Origin: Stegostoma tigrinum
Taxonomy: Eukaryota
Assembly (NCBI RefSeq): GCF_030684315.1
Contig: NC_081396.1
Coordinates: forward strand, 434,001 to 498,000
Reading direction: 5' to 3'
Length of the DNA: 64,000 bases
The notes beneath the pieces were generated by a model. It did no database searches and was not told where the DNA came from. It was given only the letters and a program-made list of their open reading frames with translations. Positions 24,695-36,482 of this stretch are shown one piece after another. Each line of letters starts with the position of its first letter. Position 1 is the first letter of the stretch. The position numbers were made by a program, and so were the translations under genes.

Positions 24695-26214
24695 CTAAAA
24701 CAAAGAAAAATTGTTGCTGTTAAAGCTGACTGCAAACATTTCATCAAGGTTAACAGCTTCTTAGTAGTTTGAAGATAGTACAGTTAAGGAGCAAGCCATG
24801 GCAGAGCTGCACTGGGAGCAGTGAACCTTTAGACAATCATTCTCTCATTTTCAATTTATCTGTGTTTTCCTCTATCTTTCTCCCTTTCACTGCCTTCCAT
24901 TTATCCCTCACTGATTCTCTCCCTTCCTTGTTTCACTGTCACTCTCATCATTTGCTTTCTGTCTGGGTCACAATCATAGATCCCCTCAGAGGTATGCACA
25001 AACAAATAACAGATGAACATTAAATTGTTTCCAAATTCTTAATCCTCCTGTCACCCAGTTCTGTCAGTTCTCTGTTTCTCAGTTGCATTATCCAAGGTCA
25101 GAAATCACATGACACCAGGTTATAGTCCAACAGGTTTATCTGAAGACACATGTTTTCTGTGCTTCGCTCCTTTTTCAGATGTTAGTGAGTAATGTTATAT
25201 CAGGCACCAAATTCATAAGTAAAAATCAAAGGGTCATACTACTGATAAGGATGTATTAAACAAACCTAAGATGCTGTTCGATATTTAATCAGTTTCTGCA
25301 GGCTTTAAAACACAATATTCTGATATCTTGGCACCATAACACTCAACCAGCAAACAAGCAGGTTTATTGTGCAGAACTCTGGGATTATCCCCATAGTCTG
25401 GATGACATCCTTTATAACTCCAAAAATGTCTTTCTTTTTGATTGTATGCAATGTTTTAATTGACCTAATATTATAACAGGCAGCGCGAAGCTAACTTGTA
25501 ATATCAATTGTTGAATAGAACATCTGCTCAATAACACAAAGGTTTGTGGGTGGTGATGTGAAGGATGAAATGATTCTTAAAACCTACAGTTCATGGATCA
25601 TTGTGATTTGATTTGGCATCTAGCACTCTTGTTTCTGGGTCAGGATATTGTGGATTCAGGTTTCACCACTCATCCTTGAGGTCATCAGTTAGGTTGGCAC
25701 TCCAATGCAGACTGAGAAAGTGCTGCAAGTGTGGAAGGAGATACCTCCTGATGAACTGATAAACAATGGCCCCCACCTTAATGTACATGGCTGCATTGGA
25801 AGAGCTGGGTGGCTCTATTCAGTGTCTCAGCCAGTCAACATTTATCTCTCAAACAACAGCAAAAAGCAGGTGAACCGATCATTACCAAGGTTTTTACTGT
25901 TGGAACTTAGTGTGTGCAATTTGAAATTTGGGCTTCAAGAGAGACCAAAGCTGTATACCACATATGAACACAATGATATTTAAAGTGTGAAGTGATCAGA
26001 GCAATTGGTCACATCAATGAGTCTACAATAAATCAAGGCCTATGGTGAGCAAATCAAAATGGGGTTGGGGTCTTTGTAAAGTAAAGATCCAAAGCTCCTT
26101 TTCTTCAGAACATTTTCCGTTCACCCCAGTTCATGTCCCAAGTCATCCATTTATGTTCTCCCTAACCACAGAAATGATCACTCAAAACAAAACATTGAAA
26201 CTTTTCATGTCAGG

Positions 26215-26220
26215 TTTATT
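26215..26220 (-). terminator. Polyadenylation signal for long secretory IgW
   Basis: AATAAA about 310 nt after the stop, followed by GU/U-rich tgttttgttttg. Confidence 0.7.
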
Positions 26221-26528
26221 GAAATTTGATCAATACAATGACATAGAATTAACATTCTGTGGGGTTTCACGTGTTTCGCAAATGATCAGGAACAGCACAA
26301 AGAAATGTTTCAAAAGACCTGAGGATCTCAGGCATCTGGAGAAAATGATGTTGTCTGACTTGGAGACTTCTTTTTCTCTCAAGTACTGAGCAATGTTGAA
26401 TTTTGTTCATGTTGGAAGTGCATTGCTACCAGGAGAAAGGTTTCAAAGTGCTCACAAGTTTTCTGGTTGCGTTAACCACTCATTTACAGGGGTTATATAA
26501 ATGGGTGATTATTTGAATCAGCAAGTTG

Positions 26529-26911
26529 TTATGAACAGGAGGTGAAGCTTTCAGTGAGAACAAGTGAGACATTAACCAGGTTGGGCTTGCTGTGAGATTT
26601 ATTCATGCTTCTGAACACATTTGTTGTGACTGACTCGTGTCCCACCACACAGGAGTACGTGGTGCCGCTGTCCCACTCCTCTGCAGAGACGGTCAAGTGA
26701 CTGCCTGAGTTCCAGCCTCCTCTGCTATCCTCAGTCACTGGCTGATGAATGAACCCTGTCTTCAGAAGGGTATCATTGGCCATCCAAGCCAGGTAGATAT
26801 CTGCGGGAGAGAATCCAGTGACCAGGCAAACCAGGGTCGCAGTGTGAGCAGTCTCCATCTCAACCGGTGAAGGGGCCAGGAGGTAGAGTTGAGGGTGAGT
26901 CTTAACCTCAA
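26529..26911 (-). CDS. IgW: IgW CH6 plus long-form secretory tailpiece
   Basis: tttgcag|TT GAG..., then VEVKTHPQLYLLAP...TLVCLVTGFSP...W...YSCVVGHE...SKPNLVNVSLVLTESFTSCS*. The tail has an N-glycan sequon and a penultimate Cys. Confidence 0.95.
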
Positions 26912-27959
26912 CTGCAAACAGATAAAACAGAGGTTAGGCTTCATCTTTCTCTTGACCTGTAATTACCTGACACGTTTGTCTCTTGCACAAAACTAAACAA
27001 CTTCTGTATCCCCAGCAACTCTGAGTTCAGAAACTAAAAGCATTTCTATTCATGTTCAATTTTTCAGCAGCTTGTGCAAAGGTGGGGTCTTCAATCTTGT
27101 TGATTCTCTCACCATGGGTGAGGATCCCCCTTTCATAAATCATGTCCAAATCATTCATAGAGCTGGGCAGTTCTTCAAATTAATCAAAGTCCTTCAAATT
27201 ATCAGTGATTTGAATGGAATAAGTGTAGAGAATCTCTTTTTCAGCAACAGATGAGTCAGAACAGACATTTCAGAGGAATCAGAAATGAACTCATGAGTTG
27301 CCAAATGAATTTGATCTGCTCCCCTGTTTCTGATGACTTGGGATGCAAAGCATGAAAGAGGGTGGAAGCAGATTTACTGGTAACTTTTACCAGGGAATTG
27401 GACATAAAATTGAAAAATGGACAATAGTTTGGTTGCTGAGATGGAGTAGATCGGATGTGGGATAATTTGAATAGTTATTTCAAAGAGCTGGCAGTGACGT
27501 GACAGACAAAATGGCATCTTTTAAAATGGCCCAGTTTTCTGAGAAACACCAGAGAACCACCTCCTGATGTCAACAGGTAGGCTTCAGGCATTATTCTACT
27601 GGTGTTGCCTGCTCTTTCTCCTTTTCCTCTCCATGTGTCTGCTCATATTCAGCCTCCACCTCAGATTGACACTCTCTGTTCCAATCCAGTGCTGGATTGA
27701 TGGAATATTAAATGTTGAAAAACTGCTAATCCCTCTCTGACTATCCTGTCAGCTTGATCCCATTCCCTGGGAACCATGTATAAGTCACACCAAGGTTGCT
27801 GAGGTCATTTGAGGCTTCATCTGGTCAGTTCTTCGACGGGGTTGACACACATCTCTGGGCTTGTCATATACTCTGACAGCCTGCGATAAGCTGCTTCACT
27901 CTCTGGCAATAAATCACTTCAGTTGCTAAGATCAGACACACATTTCCATCTACACGTAC

Positions 27960-28280
27960 CTTGGGCTTTCCTAATGAACCTCTTCTCTGGCGTTGGCAAA
28001 TTTTCATCCTCGACCAAACACATGTACTCTACGCCACTCTCCCATTCTGCAGCAGGGACCGTCAGTCTACTGAAGATTATCTCTTCATGTCCATTCTTCT
28101 TGGGACCCTGGGTCTTCACTCCATCTTGTCTCATGATTCCATCCACTTTCCAGGTTACCCTGACTCCCTGTAAATCATGGTGAAGTATCTCACACAGAAT
28201 GGTTGCTGTTTTGTTCCTCCAGATCTCTTCAAAAGGAGGCTTGCTTAAGGTGACCAAGATTCCAGTGTCCAAACATTCAT
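27960..28280 (-). CDS. IgW: IgW CH5 exon
   Basis: cctcccag|AT GAA TGT...DECLDTG...TATILCE...W...EWESGVEYMC...KAQ G|gtacgt. 321 nt, phase 1/1. Confidence 0.95.
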
Positions 28281-30445
28281 CTGGGAGGACAATGACAATT
28301 ATTACTCCCTAACTCCCCAGTGGGATGTCAGTGTCACTTGCATGGCTGACAATTCATGCTCATCATTACACATAAAACTGATACCCTGCTGGGCTCTATC
28401 AAAGGCAGTAATTAGTCTTCAACATTGTTGTGTGCCTAGAAGTGACAAAAATCCCCCTTGTGCTATAGTTTGGGGGTCGTTTGAGCATAACATGTACATC
28501 CTGTTCTGTACTTGCATGTCTGAGTCATGGGAGAAGAAATTGGATGGTTCACCAAACTCATCACACATTTTCCCCATTGCTACTGATTTCTAAACCATCA
28601 GTCATTTCTGTTATCCCACAGTTCGGCACATGTTCTGAACACTTTTCAAGCACATTGCACCCAAAAGCCACAACTCTTCTCCCTGTAGGAAATTGCAATG
28701 TAACTCTTGAATGCATTGTAAAGGATAACGATTATTGCATCAGGATGACATCCTTAATGAGCTTTGAGAGTCAACACCCCTGACTGCATTCTTAGATGAT
28801 ATTCTGCACATGGTGTCTGATGAGAATGTGGCTTTTATTCACTTGACAGAGCTTTGGTTTCTCTCCCTTGCTGACTTTTTAAGCATGATAAAAAACAATT
28901 CTATGCTAAATGTATTGACAAATTGAGATTGTTCATTCTGAAGACTTTCATATTCTGTGGTTTAATAAACACTGGGTACAGTCAGTAATTTGACTCGGGA
29001 TTCAACATCCACATTAGTGATGAGAAAATGACCAAGTGTTGACATCTAACAATCTGGAATGTATGGTGATCTCTCAGCGTGTAAGCTCTCAGAGGTGGAG
29101 AATGCTCCTCATTGTTGTGAAATTCTGATGCTGCTGAGCGAACAATGTTCATTTTCATCTCCTCCTCAAAACAAAAATAAATTTCGGAACTACTTTCCGA
29201 GTTTTGAACTATCGTGGACTTTGGCCAATACCTGGATGATGGGTACATCAGGAAGATGGCATCAGATTCGGGTACTCCAGCCAGAGCTACTCTCCTGCCC
29301 CAGATCCTTTTCTTTTCTTTCTTTCTTCCCTTTTCTGCAGCATTTTTTTCTTCCCAAACTTTTACTGTCTTAACTTACCTGAGAGAATGGAGGAGGTGAC
29401 TCCCAGACCAGAGGACATCACTGATGTATCCTGGAGGTATGTCTGTGAGCAGGCCAGCGTGGGAGCGAATGCGAGACCAGGCCAACATGGGAGGAAAGCC
29501 CTGGACCGTAGGCTGTTGCCAGGAGGCGAGTCCCAGACCAGATGCTCGTGCAGGGGGATGAGTCCCAGGGGCGGGTCCTAGACTGGAGGCCAGCACCGGG
29601 GAGGCAAGGCCCTTGCACACTGGAAGCCAGGCTTGGATTTTTCAAGCCTTGTGTGATCTGGAGATTTACCTGGTGCACTCTGGAGTTGAGGTGCAGGCGC
29701 AGACTTGGTGAAAAGGACTGTAATTTGAGCACTTCTTAAAAACCTTTTTATTCTTATGCCAGACTTTTTGAGTAATTCAAGTTGTTTTTAAAATCTCTGT
29801 ATTCCTGTGCTGAATTTTATGTTTTGTTCTTTCAATTATGTAACAAATACTCAAGTATCTTTATCTGTCACTGAGATGGACATAAGCAGTAACATTGCAA
29901 ACTTTTCACTGCACTCATTTGAGTGCACATGACGGGAAAGCCAACTCTAATTCTCATCTGAATAGAACAGTTTGTCTTTCAATGATCAAAGGTTCTCAAA
30001 GTTTACTGGGCTGCACAGGACATGGCAGAATTCTTGTGTTCTCTCTCAGCAATTACACTGATGACCAACATCATTACAATGGAACAGCCTTTTATCAGAT
30101 CAACATGATTGTGTTCACAAACTACCCATCAATGGACTCTATTTGTTGGTCACATTTATATTGCCTTCAGAGAAAGTGATGTCAAAGTTAGCCTCACACA
30201 GGAAACTTGCCATGCAGTGAGAACAAGAGTATCCACCATTCCCACCAGGAATAAGAAGGGTTCTGTTCCTGTCTCAAACTGGAAGAGCTCATGACTTTGG
30301 TAACAAATATCTTCACCTCCATTGCCCTGTGGTAGGGAATGTGGAGTTCCACTCAGGCCCACAACTTTCTCTTCTTCAAACTGGTGTAAGAAGAGTTCCT
30401 ATGAGGATAAATGACATTAATCTTGTCACCAGTCCCAGGACTTAC

Positions 30446-30763
30446 CTTGGACATTCTTCACCTCCTTCCTGCTGGTAAAGTTGGACGGTGGATGAGACAC
30501 TGCACAGGTGAAGACTGAACCTTTCCTCCACTCCTCTGTGCTCACGGTCAGGTAGTGCCTGACACTGAATGTCCCTGTCTGCTCCAGAGCAGTGAGGCCA
30601 GCATGGGTGTTGGAGGAGATCAGGCTGCTGTCCTTCTCCCAGGAGACCTGTATGAGGTCTGGGTAGAATCCAGTGATCACACACTCGAGTGTAACTTTGC
30701 TCTGATTCTTGGTCTCTTGGGCTGGTGGAGGCAGCAGTCTGACCTCGGGACTTTTTTGTGGAA
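30446..30763 (-). CDS. IgW: IgW CH4 exon
   Basis: gttccag|TT CCA...VTLECVITGFYP...W...FTCAVSH...VQ G|gtaagt. 318 nt. Confidence 0.95.
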
Positions 30764-30852
30764 CTGGAACAGACGGGAAAAACAAAGATGGTGTTAACCT
30801 CTTACTATGAGCTTGGCAAAGTCAGGTATGTAATTTGTGATCTCTTGCTCAC

Positions 30853-31146
30853 CTCTTAGGCTCCTTGTCCGCTTTGACACTGATGAGGAGGAGGGACCAC
30901 TTTGAGCAGAACACACAAACTCCACCCCACTCTCCCACTCCTGTGCTGTGGTTTGGAGTTGGCTGATGACGTATTGGGTGCCTTCGTCTCTCTGAGCTGT
31001 AACCCCTTTACTTCTCTGCCTCCGATTTACCTTCCAGGTGATCTGTACCTGGCTGGGATCAGAACACACTGCTGTACACACCAGGGTGGCAGTCTTGTTG
31101 ATCCAAAGCTCTTTGATTGAAGGATTTCGGAGAAAGACAGACACTT
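30853..31146 (-). CDS. IgW: IgW CH3 exon
   Basis: attcccag|AA GTG...ELWINKTATLVC...W...EWESGVEFVC...LR G|gtgagc. 294 nt. Confidence 0.95.
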
Positions 31147-32004
31147 CTGGGAATGGGAAAGGAAAAACTTCAGAAGAATTGATATTTTCTGGTGTCAGCA
31201 GGTTTCAGACGTTTAGGGAAGGCTTTGCTATTTTTGAAGCAAAGAAACATGGTGACAAAAGTGGCCTTGAACTGGAATCTTTTTTAATCCAGAACATCTG
31301 GAGCAGATACTCGACCATTAGAAAATCCAAGGTTTATTTAAAACATGTTTTGCAGTTCCTCGTTTGTAAATTTTGACCAAGAATGTACAATCAGTGCATT
31401 AAGAATGAGGCAGATCCATCTTAAAATCTGTTTCCCACGTCTGAGATCAAAACTTCACTGCAAGCCCTGCAATCAATTGTGGGCTGAGCTGATTTCGGAC
31501 ACAACAATATTAATAAATGCAATCTCTGATTTGCGAAATGGAGTGAGACAGAGATACAAGCTGCCCAGCAAAAAGAACAATTGTACAAATTCTTCTTCTT
31601 GTGTGTGATTGATTCCTGACATCGAACACACCAAATCAATGAGAAACCTATTTCTCTCACCCATGACACAGTTGCTGACTCCTCTCATTGTTCACATTGT
31701 TGGCTTATAATCCACTTGAGTGCAAACTCAAAGTTGGCAGTTCAAGGCAGTCCAGAGGGAGTACTGCACTGTCAAAGGCACTTTGGTTGAGAAATGAAAA
31801 TGACGCACCTTGTGCTGTCTCAGGTGGAAGTACCAGATGACAGAACACTATTCTGAAGAAAAGCAGGAGAGCTATTGCTGATCTCCCAGCCAATTTTATC
31901 ACTCACTCATAATCACAAGCAGCAGATTACTGAGTTATTCTGAGATTTTTTTAATGTGAACTTACTCTGTGCAGGTTGACTGCAACATTTCCTACATTAC
32001 AAGA

Positions 32005-32355
32005 GAGGGAGGTAATGGCCGAGTGGTGTTATTGCTGGACTGTTAATCCAGAGACCCAGATAATGTCCCGGGTACCTGCGTTCGAATCCTACCATGGCAG
32101 ATGGTGGAATTTGAATTTGATAAATATTCAATAAAGTCTAGCGCTGACTGTGAATCCATTCTCAATTGTTGGAAACAAACATCTGGTTCACTAATGTCCT
32201 TTAGTGAAGGAAACTGCCATCCTTACCTGGTCTGGCCTACACGTGATTCCAGACCCACAGCATTGTGGTTGATTCTAAACTGCCCTCTGAGCAATTAGGA
32301 ATGGGCAATACATGCTGCTTGGCCAGTCACACCCTCTTCCTGTGAATGAATAAAG
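32005..32355 (+). mobile_element. Shark tRNA-derived SINE (family also at about 10197-10520 and 51825-52165)
   Basis: gggaggtaatggccgagtgg head, gttcgaatcc B box, and a body shared with the 51825 copy. Confidence 0.75.
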
Positions 32356-34015
32356 AGCGACTACACTTTAAAATACCTAATTGGCTGTGAAGCACTTTAG
32401 GATGTCTTATCGTTATGGAAATGAGATATAAATGCAAATCTTTCTTTACTTTTCTTGCTCTCATTGGAGTCAGCACTGAAAGCTTCTGTTTTATGATTCC
32501 AATCCTAAAATTCCATTGCCTTGGCCTTCCCTCTCTCTGTAATCTTCTTCAACTCTACAATAATCTGGAAACTCTGTAAAATTTAGGTCTGTTGTAAATT
32601 CTATAAACCCTTTATTTGAACATTGATGGTCAGGTCCTAATCTCTGGGACACATTCCCTAACCTTCAGTGACCTATTCTCGCTCTTTCTTACTCACTCTT
32701 CAAGACACAATTTTGGCCCGTATTGGCCAAGTTTTTGGTCACATCCTACATTCAGCATTTGTTGACTCAGTGCCAATTCCTGTCTGGTTTTCCACCATCT
32801 GGGATTTATTTTTGTCATATTTGAGTAGCTCTATAAATGCAAGATGTTATTCATAATCCTGCCTGCCAAGGAAGTTGCTTCATTTTTGTTCATTGGGAGA
32901 GCAACCCCATGTATCACAGGAAGTAACAAAAGCCCTCTCTTGTTGCAAGTTGGAGATCATTTATACAGAACATGATCCTCACACAATCCAAATTTGTTCA
33001 GGAAATATTAGACTTGAGGGTAATCACGCATTGATTTGATCACATGTTCTTCTTTATACTTGTCTCTCAAAGAATTATCATTACTTCAGATATTCTGCAG
33101 CGACCTGTGTGCGCTGCACATGGTCAATGTCCAAACACATTCACTGTGCAAACCGTAACTGTGGTGTCTGCTTTGATCCACACTGATTGCTCTCTGTCTA
33201 TATCACATTGAGTTAATACTTGAAAAGAGAAATGATTACGATGTCTGTGTCCTAATCAAAACATTTATGAACACAAAGTACCAAATCTTCCAATGCAGTT
33301 TGAGCTGATGTTCAGGGTAGTGACAGGAACACATGTGGTATTAACTTCATATGTTCCATTTCTGTCACCTGCCTGTCAGACAAGATGTTGAGCATTTTCC
33401 TCCAAGATTAGTAATGAACATTATATTAATGACCAATTCTTAATGTCTGCTCCCTGACAATCAAACCTCACAGAATCAGAAGTATTCCCCTTATCATTGT
33501 AAAATGGTGGAATCACAGGATAAGGGACATTTCATTCCATTCACCTTCGTAGAGAAGTTAAATAGAAAAGTTTTGTCAGTTTGAAGTCCTTGTCAATATT
33601 GAGTACAGTTCATTGACAGTTGGCAGTATGCAGGATTGAAGGGATCGTCTCTCATTTTCCTGACCTGTGTTTACACCCAAAACCTACCAGATCCTACAGG
33701 GCCCCAGGTAAGTCCTTATGTCCTGAATCACAAACTTGCCTCAGGACCAACATCACTGAAGAAAGAGGCCAAGCTCCTATTTTATTGGATCAAGGTGACT
33801 GTCCCTCTGGATGACAAATAGTCTTCAAATTCTTGTCAACCTGAGTCAGAGCCAAGAGGCGGGGGTCAAACCGTGGGATCAGGACCTTGCAACCTAACCC
33901 GGTACAGGTCACCAAGAAGTGACTACTTAGATAAGTCGATTGGCTCGGAAACACTAAGTGCAACCTGTCAGAGACTTGTAATGAAATTCAATGGCCAGTT
34001 CCATTCACAATGAAC

Positions 34016-34164
34016 TCACAACTTTATTTTACACATTTGATTGGCACAGTTATATTGGTGCTTTTCACCATTTTTGAGGGTCACATTAAGGTTAGTATGG
34101 TAGAGCAGGACTGGCGGAGACTCAGAACAAGAGCAAGGAGGACAAGTGTGAGGAGTACATCCAC
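34016..34164 (-). CDS. IgW: IgW-short cysteine-rich secretory tail exon (splices after CH2)
   Basis: tctcttccaattccag|GT GGA TGT... encodes [49 protein letters not shown]. Phase 1, 6 Cys, NVT sequon. Not in the ORF track. Confidence 0.9.
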
Positions 34165-34650
34165 CTGGAATTGGAAGAGATACAAATTTAAATGTTATAC
34201 ATTTTAAGCTCTCCTGCCTCTGTCAGGAGCTGGCTCCCTCAGGAGATGGTTGAAGCACATCATGGTAATTCATTCAAATTCAGCATTCGAAAGATTTATT
34301 TAATAAAACAGCACTTGGATGGCAGTGGGAGGAAACCGAAGGTGATTTGAACTGCGAATGTTTTCAGAAGACCATTTGACATCTCGCCCCATTTTCATTT
34401 CTATTGCAGTCACATCAAGTAAAATTGAATGAGGCTTTAAATAGCCTCAGTGCTTTACGTTGTAATAGTTCAGTTAGATGTGGTTTTAATATCAAAACAG
34501 AAAATACTAAATGTCCCCCCCCCCACTCCACCGCCGTTCCTACAATCAATGTCAGTGATTCAAAAATTGTGAGCAAGTGCTCGCACATTCGGTTATTAGA
34601 AGATTGAATTTCTGACAGGGTATCCTTACTCCCTCTCAGAGTCTACTTAC

Positions 34651-34950
34651 CCTCCTGATACTTCATGTTGACCCTGGTATTGAAGCTGGTCGGCTCATGG
34701 GACACTGCACAAGTGAATTCATCCCCGTTCTTCCAATCCGCCACCTGTACAGTCAGGTAAGAGACTGTTTCAAATGTACCACCTTTTGCCTTTTTGGAGG
34801 GGAGTTTGGCACCCGATTGGAGCACTCCGGCTTTAAACCAGGAAACCTGGACAATGTCAGGATAGAATCCCGATAGTATGCACCCCAGGGCAGCAGTAGT
34901 TTGATTGTAGACCATCTCCCAAGATGGAACAACAGAGAAGACATGGGGAG
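34651..34950 (-). CDS. IgW: IgW CH2 exon
   Basis: attccacag|CT CCC...ALGCILSGFYP...W...FTCAVSH...YQE G|gtaagt. 300 nt. Confidence 0.95.
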
Positions 34951-36161
34951 CTGTGGAATGTTGCAATATTTCAGATTACATGGAACAGAAAAGATGCACA
35001 CATTTCCCCTAACGTCTAAAGAAACCACCACAATGCCAGTGCCTTCCATATTGACCTTGATTTGCCTGGGAATAATGAGCCTGATGAGAATGATCTTGCA
35101 TGTCCAAGTGAGCTGTGATCAGGGGTGCAAGCATCATTCCTACAGATTGAAGAGTGCAGCATCACATTTTACTGGGATCTGGAGCAAAGGCAGGTCACTG
35201 GAAGTTGAGGTGGAGATTAGCCATGATCTAATAAAATAATGGTGCAGTCTCAGAGAGCTGACTGGCCTCCCCTTGTTCATATGCCATTGCTCAGCAGCTC
35301 CTTCAATGCCATATTCATATTATCCTCTGTCCCTTCAGTTCAAGAGTGTCTGGAAATCAATGAATCTCTGTCTTGCTTCTGCACTGCTTGATTTTGTGTG
35401 TGTGTGTCAAAGTAGATAAGCAGCCAGTAAAAGATTGAGTTAATGGTTTCCATTTGCAGGAAGTTCAGTCTTGATAAGTGACACAATAAAACCAGACAGG
35501 CATGAGGATGTTTTTCTTTGCAAACACAGCAATTTGTTTGAATCTGGAATGCACTCCCTTTGAGAGGTTGGTGAAACAGATTCGAGTATATTTTCCAAAA
35601 GAGAATTGGATTCTTGCTTAGAATACAAAATGTTTGCAGGATCATGGACAAAGGGCTGAGGAGTGGAACAATTTTGCATCTTTGATAATACTGGCACACA
35701 TCTGATGGGTTAAATAGCCTCCTTTCCTGTAAGCTCTTATAAATTGATGATGTGCTAAAGGATGAGGGGTGGGGCCTCTGTTATTGGAGCTGGATCAGAA
35801 ACGGTACAGAGATTATGGCATTTCTTTCCTGTGTGGTGAACCTCAACAACCCCCCAGCAGCGCACTGCCCACCCCCTCCCGCCACAATTTTCAGTTGCAC
35901 TGACTCCAGCAGAACTAAATGTTGGGATTGTGGCATCACAGGCAACAATGTTGTTGCCCTGCTTTAGCCTGTTTTGCACAATTTTTCATGGTTATTTAGC
36001 TCCTGGCAGACTGCCAACAAGCAAGGATACAGCATATGGAGACAAGAATTAATTTGTGGTCTTTTGGGCAGAAACCTCCCTCACTTGTTGCTGAAGATTC
36101 TTTTCCAACCATATCCCCCAATCCTGTAGAGTTAAGAATGGTAAGTAAGCTCTTTACTAAC

Positions 36162-36482
36162 ATTGAGGCTGAGGCTTTGTGGTCTCAGCTTCCACCATTT
36201 CATTTGCCTTGTAGCCCACCTTGCAGTGGTAGACCTTGCCCGCATTCCAATCCGACGCAGAGACACTGAGCACACTGCTCATCGTGTACTTCGTATTTTG
36301 CCCCAAGATTGTGGGATACTTATTGAATCCAGTTGTGATCTCTCTATTGTCACTGGACCATGTCTGTTGGATGCTCCTGGGCTGGAAATCCTTGACTAGA
36401 CAGTGGAGGCTGATCTGATCTTGATTGGAGCTTGTGTCACAGGAAGTACTGGAAACATAAACTGAAGGTTTGGTCTGGGCAT
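36162..36482 (-). CDS. IgW: IgW CH1 exon
   Basis: gtttcag|AT GCC...DAQTKPSVY..STSC (extra Cys, probably light-chain-binding)...SLHCLVKDF...W...YHCKVG...PQ T|gttagt. 321 nt. Confidence 0.93.

Noticed and set aside
28670-28740. Plus-strand peptide NVTLECIVKD resembling an Ig C-domain B strand
   Set aside because: Antisense to the gene, with no Trp, no second Cys motif and no splice sites. Likely chance.
33120-33200. Minus-strand VWIKADTTVTVC resembling the start of CH3 (possible pseudo-exon)
   Set aside because: Flanked by stops with no further Ig motifs. Cannot be supported.
33700-33713. Strong plus-strand donor ccccag|gtaagt
   Set aside because: No supportable antisense exon or ORF.
36157-36162. 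CH1 read-through ending PQPQC-stop (Fd-like secreted form)
   Set aside because: It is a by-product of the GTTAGT donor, and I saw no poly(A) signal in the following intron.
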